From the IMG/VR virus record IMGVR_UViG_3300021387_001774, positions 199,687 to 263,686 of that record: a stretch of DNA of 64,000 nucleotides; one strand, given 5' to 3'. The DNA comes from a virus. Lineage: Duplodnaviria > Caudoviricetes. Both the position numbers and the translations under genes were made by a program. Every line of letters begins with the position of its first letter. The stretch's first letter is position 1. The notes below the pieces were generated by a model that saw only the letters and a program-made list of their open reading frames with translations, was not told where the DNA came from and searched no databases. Of this stretch, positions 58,515 through 64,000 are shown piece by piece.

Positions 58515-58558
58515 CTATAAAAATGACAAACCTATATACTTATAATGAGGTTATATTA

Positions 58559-59347
58559 ATGAACGCGTTAACAAAAGAACTTTTTAATAAATATTTTAAA
58601 ATAACTGATAGCGGTGAAGTTATCTTTACAGGAAATAAATTGATTATTCAATTACCTGAACAGTTTTTGAACGATGGTATTACAGAAATAAATCAAACTA
58701 CTATTAAAACGCTTGGAATATTTGAAGGTCTCATTTTTGATGATACTGAGGAAGAAGATCTTACTAAATTTAATCATAGATTTATAACTAAACTTCCAGC
58801 TATTTTATTTATGAAACCTTCTCATATTAATAAAAGTATACAAACTAGTGAAGATATAGAGACTGAAACATTAGTTAAAGAAACTTATTATAATTTCGTT
58901 TTCTTAACTGGAGATACATTTATAGTCTCTACATCTCTTGTAAAAGACTTTAAAGTTGTAGATAGTTTTATTAAAATGATGTTACAAGGTAAAATTCCTA
59001 AAGATATCAGATATGATGAAATATCGGCTTTGTGGTCTAAATGTGCATTCTTGAATGGTTCTGGTTCTATGGGTTCTGATTTCGTTACTCTTTCTACTAT
59101 TGTTTCTAATCTAGTTAGAGATCCACAAGATTTTTCTAAACCATTCAGATTAAAAGCTGAAGAATATTATAAAAAAGGTATTTATAATGGTAAGATGATT
59201 CGTTACATGGATATTCCACGTTATATTTCTAACTTTACTGCTGTTACAGGTTCTGATCCTAGACATTCTATTACAGTAGCAATGGAACGTATTTATGGTG
59301 AAGGTCAAGCTGATACATTATCACCAGTAGAAGAAAACATTATGTAA
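58559..59347 (+). CDS. phage RNA polymerase beta' C-terminal fragment (start ATG 58559)
   Basis: LSTIVSNLVRD ~ HIEVIVRQMLR; SNFTAVTG...ADTLSPVEENIM ~ SFISAASF...DELRGLKENVI; late promoter at 58525. Confidence 0.65.
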   Translation: MNALTKELFNKYFKITDSGEVIFTGNKLIIQLPEQFLNDGITEINQTTIKTLGIFEGLIFDDTEEEDLTKFNHRFITKLPAILFMKPSHINKSIQTSEDIETETLVKETYYNFVFLTGDTFIVSTSLVKDFKVVDSFIKMMLQGKIPKDIRYDEISALWSKCAFLNGSGSMGSDFVTLSTIVSNLVRDPQDFSKPFRLKAEEYYKKGIYNGKMIRYMDIPRYISNFTAVTGSDPRHSITVAMERIYGEGQADTLSPVEENIM

Positions 59348-59358
59348 GGAGAAACTAA

Positions 59359-60069
59359 ATGGGTCTTAAAGATTTTGAAGAATTTTCTTCTACAGAAATT
59401 GATGAAGGTGTTTCTAGAATGGATAATCTAGTAAACAGTAAAAATTCTTCATCAAACAAATTTATTTATTATTATATACAAGATTGCTTAAAAGGTACTC
59501 CAGGAGAAGCAGTAAATAGACATTGTTTTAAATTTACTAGACTTAGAGATGAAGTTTATTTTATAACTTGTTATTTAGTTAGACCAGATAATTTATATCC
59601 AATACATCAGTTTAATTTTGTAGTAAATGATAAATCTTTCTGGAATAGATTTTCTATTTATTTGAAAGATGATCCAAATACTCCATTAGTTAAAAGTAAA
59701 CAATATACTTGCTTAGATGTATTAAAAATGATTACTAATGGTAATATAGTCGATAAATGCACTATAAATTTATTTCAATATGAAATAGATAAACTTCAAG
59801 AAATTATAGATGATGCAGTTGGTACTAATAAAGATAAATTACTTAAATATAATATGGTAAATAATGCTTCTTGTAAAATAATAGGATATAGGCATTTTAA
59901 TAAACGTGTATGGTATGAACTATTGTCACAAACCATAAAAGATCCAAAATCTGAAGGTGGTATTGGAGAAATATATAGTGAATTTGGTTCATATAAAGAA
60001 AAAGATAGCGAAATGTATTATGATCCTAATGATCCAGATTATAAAGATATTTCTTTTTTATACTTATAA
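59359..60069 (+). CDS. hypothetical late protein
   Basis: AAGGAG RBS; N-terminal STE motif. Confidence 0.75.
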   Translation: MGLKDFEEFSSTEIDEGVSRMDNLVNSKNSSSNKFIYYYIQDCLKGTPGEAVNRHCFKFTRLRDEVYFITCYLVRPDNLYPIHQFNFVVNDKSFWNRFSIYLKDDPNTPLVKSKQYTCLDVLKMITNGNIVDKCTINLFQYEIDKLQEIIDDAVGTNKDKLLKYNMVNNASCKIIGYRHFNKRVWYELLSQTIKDPKSEGGIGEIYSEFGSYKEKDSEMYYDPNDPDYKDISFLYL

Positions 60070-60111
60070 AATATAAGAGTGGGATATTGTATCCCACTCT
60101 ATTTAATTTAT

Positions 60112-62097
60112 TTAGATTTTTTCATAATATGTTACATCGGACTTGAACTTATAGACAGTTTCAGGATCACCAGGAACTGTAGAATGCTCATAGTATGTTA
60201 CATCAGGTTTGAAAGATCTTGAATTTTCATCACCGAGAGTATAATCGTCGTCAGTAGTTACTCTGTAACCACCAGCCTCTTCTACATAATAAGTTTTACT
60301 TTCATCATAATCTACATCTTCTGTTTGTGTATAAACATCTTCTTCTTTAGATTCTTCAGTAGAATCGAAATCGGTCGCCCATTCGGCTGCTCTATAAGCG
60401 TTATCACCATCAGCTACATAATATGTTTTTGATTTTACAGGTTCACTGTCTTCGGTTTCTTTATATTGTGCTCCATCAGTATCTTCTACAACATCATCAG
60501 AGTTTTCCTTTTTAGTTTCAGAATATTTCTCCAAAGAATATGTGAATGTGATAGAATCCTCATTAACTCTTTCAAGGCCAATTCCAACAGCGTTGAGTTT
60601 AGTTGTCAAATCGCCATTGAGAAGAGGCTTGTTATAACGCTTCATTCTAATGATCTTAGAAACTATATCTCTAACATTCTTACATACTTTAACAATAGCT
60701 GCTAAAGCCTGTGTGTGTGTATCAGTAGTTTCACTATCATCTCCATCATCTTCAGGTGGCTCAAGATCATCATAATTTGGAATATCTTGGGATTCGAGTT
60801 CAGAAATATAACGAGTGAGTTTATCGTTATTTACAATAACTCTACCAGTAACACTATTTTCATCTACAGTGATACCAGATTTTTCCAAAATGATACTAAA
60901 ATCAGACATATTTGTAGATCTATTTTCTACAAACACATTAATGATTCCGTTTTTAATAGATGTAACAATAGCATCTACATCAAATTCTTCTACTTGATTG
61001 GTAACAATAGCAAGAATAGGATAGTCATTAGCTTTAGTCTTAATAGCAGTTTCAACAGCAGTTTTTTCACCTTCAAATACTAGATAACTCTCAGATGATT
61101 TAACTACTGTAACAGGAATTCCATCAATTACAAAGTCAGCATCATTAAGGGTTTCCATACAAATTTTTGCAAGATCCTTAAGTTCAACATCACGGGTTTC
61201 GCCAAAGAACAATGTAATTACAGCTTTTCCAGCATCAGTTGTTGAATATTTAACCGAATTAGGATTATTTTTGACGAAATTTTTAATCGCAGTGTTCATA
61301 CTATTTTTTAATGTAGTATACTCTGGATTAGAAGTTAATATAGCCATATATTTCTCCTTACGAATTATAGGGTTATTACCATTAATAGGTATATTGATTT
61401 GTTTATCATTAATGACATCAATCATCTCTGGATCGATGACAAAATCGTCAACTACTGTATCTGGAGATTCACCATTAAGAGTTTTAATGGCTCTTTCCAT
61501 ATAAACAACAGCTTCACTTATTTTTTCTATTGATCTATATATACAATCTTTAAGTTCGTATATATCATCAGTTATAATCGTTAATAATTTAGTTTTTTGC
61601 TCAGTAGTATTTTTGATAATACCGGATTCTACACATTCATTAACGAACACATTTTTTGAATCAGTAGTTAAATTATTTTCAAAATTATTTAATGTATTTT
61701 TAACATTTGTATAAGTTTCTTTAAATTGTGTTCTAGCATTCTTTATCATATTTAAAGAATAAACTAATGTTTCTTTAGATTCATTACTTGGTTCTGAGTT
61801 TAATATTTCATCTACACTATTTTTTGTAGATTCTATTTCACCTTTTATATATTGTTCAGCTAATAAGCCAGTTCTTAGATAAATTATAAGATTTACCAAA
61901 AAATTCGGTTTAGAAACTTCTTCATCATTCCATGCTCCACATATTTGTTCTACTACTGAAGCATATTGATTTGAAATAAATTCCATACCATCTCTTTCTA
62001 ATGCTCCACTTATATCACTATCTGGTGGATAAATTAATGGTGATGATTGGTCTACTTTTGAGAAATCAATAAAACTATATTTACTTACATCTAACAT
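60112..62097 (-). CDS. acidic late protein with C-terminal TED...KTYY / FKxDVTYYE repeats
   Basis: AGGAGG upstream; late promoter at 62157; internal in-frame RBS+ATG at 61347. Confidence 0.8.
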   Translation of the reverse strand: MLDVSKYSFIDFSKVDQSSPLIYPPDSDISGALERDGMEFISNQYASVVEQICGAWNDEEVSKPNFLVNLIIYLRTGLLAEQYIKGEIESTKNSVDEILNSEPSNESKETLVYSLNMIKNARTQFKETYTNVKNTLNNFENNLTTDSKNVFVNECVESGIIKNTTEQKTKLLTIITDDIYELKDCIYRSIEKISEAVVYMERAIKTLNGESPDTVVDDFVIDPEMIDVINDKQINIPINGNNPIIRKEKYMAILTSNPEYTTLKNSMNTAIKNFVKNNPNSVKYSTTDAGKAVITLFFGETRDVELKDLAKICMETLNDADFVIDGIPVTVVKSSESYLVFEGEKTAVETAIKTKANDYPILAIVTNQVEEFDVDAIVTSIKNGIINVFVENRSTNMSDFSIILEKSGITVDENSVTGRVIVNNDKLTRYISELESQDIPNYDDLEPPEDDGDDSETTDTHTQALAAIVKVCKNVRDIVSKIIRMKRYNKPLLNGDLTTKLNAVGIGLERVNEDSITFTYSLEKYSETKKENSDDVVEDTDGAQYKETEDSEPVKSKTYYVADGDNAYRAAEWATDFDSTEESKEEDVYTQTEDVDYDESKTYYVEEAGGYRVTTDDDYTLGDENSRSFKPDVTYYEHSTVPGDPETVYKFKSDVTYYEKI

Positions 62098-62201
62098 TTT
62101 TAGCTTTTAGAACCTCCTAAAGAGTTAAAATATTTTTAAAAAATATATTTCTTTGTCCTTCTAACAAAAACAATATTATATACGTAAATAGGAGATTTTA
62201 T

Positions 62202-63653
62202 ATGCCTATTAAATACAAAAATAGTGGAAATGACCTTATAAATAACGTTCCATTTGTAGAAAAACTAAAAGAGAGTGAATCATATAGTAAAATGGATGAC
62301 ATGATGTCGGAAATAACTTCCGAACGTCTAAAAATGAAAGCATCTTCTATGATAAATATGGTAGGAGTATTGACTCCTGTTCTATATTATCAAGCTGTAC
62401 ATGATTCAACTAATAACTACAATACTGATTCAACAGGACCTTCAGATATAGCATTTGATGTAAAGAAATTTATAGAAATCAAGAATTTCAGAATCAAATT
62501 ATCTGGAGAAACTAATTTAGAAAACGAAAACGAAGAAGATGAGCAATCATATATAAGTACAGGATCTTTTATAGTACTTCCAAGAACTATTCAACCTTCT
62601 CCAGGTGATATGTTTATGATGGAGTATTATGGTAGAAACATGTGCTATCAAGTTACTACTGTAAATACTGTTACTTATGAAAATGATTCTGGTTTTGAAT
62701 GCGAATATACGCTTTATAAAGCCGATTATAAGATACCTAGTGGGCAAATAGCTGCTAGACGAATTTATAGACATGAATTAATTGGTACTACTTATAGAGC
62801 TGTATTTGATGAATATGAAGTAGAGCTTATAAATAAATTTGAAAAACTTTATAAGCATATGGAAACTGTATTCAATAACCTCTTTTATGACAAAGAAATT
62901 GATGGTTATATATGTAAAAACTACGATATAGAACGCAATAAAAGTCAAGAATTGGACAATTATAATATAAATACGTTAGGTAAACGATATGGTGTATTTA
63001 GAGCAAACACAAGTGATGACTCTAGATCTCACCAAGTAATTCCAAGAGAAGTTACTACTCAATACAAGATTTATGATAACCTTTTGAATATATTCATGGG
63101 TAAAAATCATGTATTTAGAGACTTCAATGGATTGTTATTAGCTATAGAGCCCAAGATGGGTATTGATAATGTGAATTATAGACGTTCTGTTTTTGGTTGC
63201 GTGGAAACTCAATCTATTTCTAATTACAGGAATACTTTTGTTTTACCAGTGAAAATTGAACGCTTAACTCCAGAAATCAATGCTTATTTCGTAGGAAAAT
63301 TCAATGTAATTCATGATGATGAAGTAAGTTCATTTCCTGAGTTATTTGATTTCTTCCCGAAATCTTTGATAGAAAAGATCAAGAATGGAAAGAATCAAGA
63401 TATGAACCTTAAATTCGGCGGAATTGTTTATAATTCTATTGAAAGTGTTCTTATTGATACAATTGTAAGATATATCTATAAACGTACTGATGACTTTGTA
63501 GATAGATTCTTATATTTGTTTGATAATACAGATAATCTATATGAGCATAACATCTCATATGCTAATATTTATTATCTCTTTCCTATTATTGGTTATATCA
63601 TAGAGCGTAAGCTTGAAGAGATGTATACTAGTAACTCGTTACTTAATACGTAA
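62202..63653 (+). CDS. virion structural protein (head completion/neck-like)
   Basis: GSFIVLPRTIQPSPGDMF...YQVTTV beta-barrel pattern; late promoter at 62169. Confidence 0.6.
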   Translation: MPIKYKNSGNDLINNVPFVEKLKESESYSKMDDMMSEITSERLKMKASSMINMVGVLTPVLYYQAVHDSTNNYNTDSTGPSDIAFDVKKFIEIKNFRIKLSGETNLENENEEDEQSYISTGSFIVLPRTIQPSPGDMFMMEYYGRNMCYQVTTVNTVTYENDSGFECEYTLYKADYKIPSGQIAARRIYRHELIGTTYRAVFDEYEVELINKFEKLYKHMETVFNNLFYDKEIDGYICKNYDIERNKSQELDNYNINTLGKRYGVFRANTSDDSRSHQVIPREVTTQYKIYDNLLNIFMGKNHVFRDFNGLLLAIEPKMGIDNVNYRRSVFGCVETQSISNYRNTFVLPVKIERLTPEINAYFVGKFNVIHDDEVSSFPELFDFFPKSLIEKIKNGKNQDMNLKFGGIVYNSIESVLIDTIVRYIYKRTDDFVDRFLYLFDNTDNLYEHNISYANIYYLFPIIGYIIERKLEEMYTSNSLLNT

Positions 63654-63686
63654 TTATTTATTTTTACACACATAGGAGTATAAACT

Positions 63687-64000
63687 ATGGCAAGACGTAA
63701 TCCTTGGTTTTCATTTGAATCAGATAATGATGAGATTGATCTTGAACAAGATGTAACTGGTACTGTTACAGAACTAGATGAAACAGCTGTAGATGAAGCT
63801 GGTGAAGATTCTGAAACTGTAGATGTTACACCTGATACTAATGAAACATCTCATAATGAAGTAGCATCTGCTGGTGGTGTAGCTACTGGTAACAATGCTG
63901 ATCAGTTAGAGATGGATCCTGTAGCTGCTACTGAATCATATATTCGTAGAGTATTTGGATTATCTAGAGAAGATATGGAAGAAGCTACAGATCAGATAGA
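63687..64000 (+). CDS. acidic head protein, 3'-truncated by the window edge
   Basis: AGGAG RBS; MARRNPWFSFESDNDE...AATESY...GLSRED, with several S/A-x-E motifs. Confidence 0.75.
   Translation, partial: MARRNPWFSFESDNDEIDLEQDVTGTVTELDETAVDEAGEDSETVDVTPDTNETSHNEVASAGGVATGNNADQLEMDPVAATESYIRRVFGLSREDMEEATDQI

Noticed and set aside
1163-62774. Short antisense or alternate-frame ORFs in the track (e.g. 1163-1384, 19593-19943, 29064-29369, 56293-56622, 60715-61083)
   Set aside because: Shadows of longer RBS-supported genes; no RBS or promoter.
1-64000. Stop-codon reassignment; introns/inteins in RNAP or gyrB; chimallin/PhuZ
   Set aside because: Genes are intact in code 11 and use all three stops. 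No intron or intein signatures and no recognisable shell or tubulin gene were seen in this window.

Overview
AT-rich (~28% GC by eye) segment of a jumbo bacteriophage resembling the AR9/PBS1/phiR1-37 and phiKZ-related group. It encodes four dispersed pieces of a split multisubunit (probably virion) RNA polymerase, a probable portal, baseplate- and neck-like proteins, GyrB, NrdG, SbcD, a Dda/RecD-like helicase, a MYG1-family nuclease, two zinc peptidases and five intact tRNAs. Two promoter classes are visible: about 26 copies of AATTATATATTATAT (early type) and about 18 copies of RACA-N6-TR (like the AR9 late promoter). The most striking unexplained layer is non-coding and has three parts. (i) Small hairpin RNAs, several in the 3' trailers of tRNAs or tRNA mimics, carry single-stranded segments antisense to the Shine-Dalgarno/ATG regions of the phage's own early genes elsewhere in the window (best match 22 bp). 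(ii) Three tRNA mimics have deleted or greatly extended anticodon arms. (iii) A covarying structured 5' leader and a conserved 3' double hairpin bracket unrelated early ORFs like cassettes. There is also an overprinted membrane-protein pair with starts 4 nt apart (spanin-like). All calls come from reading the sequence by eye; no database searches or folding programs were run.
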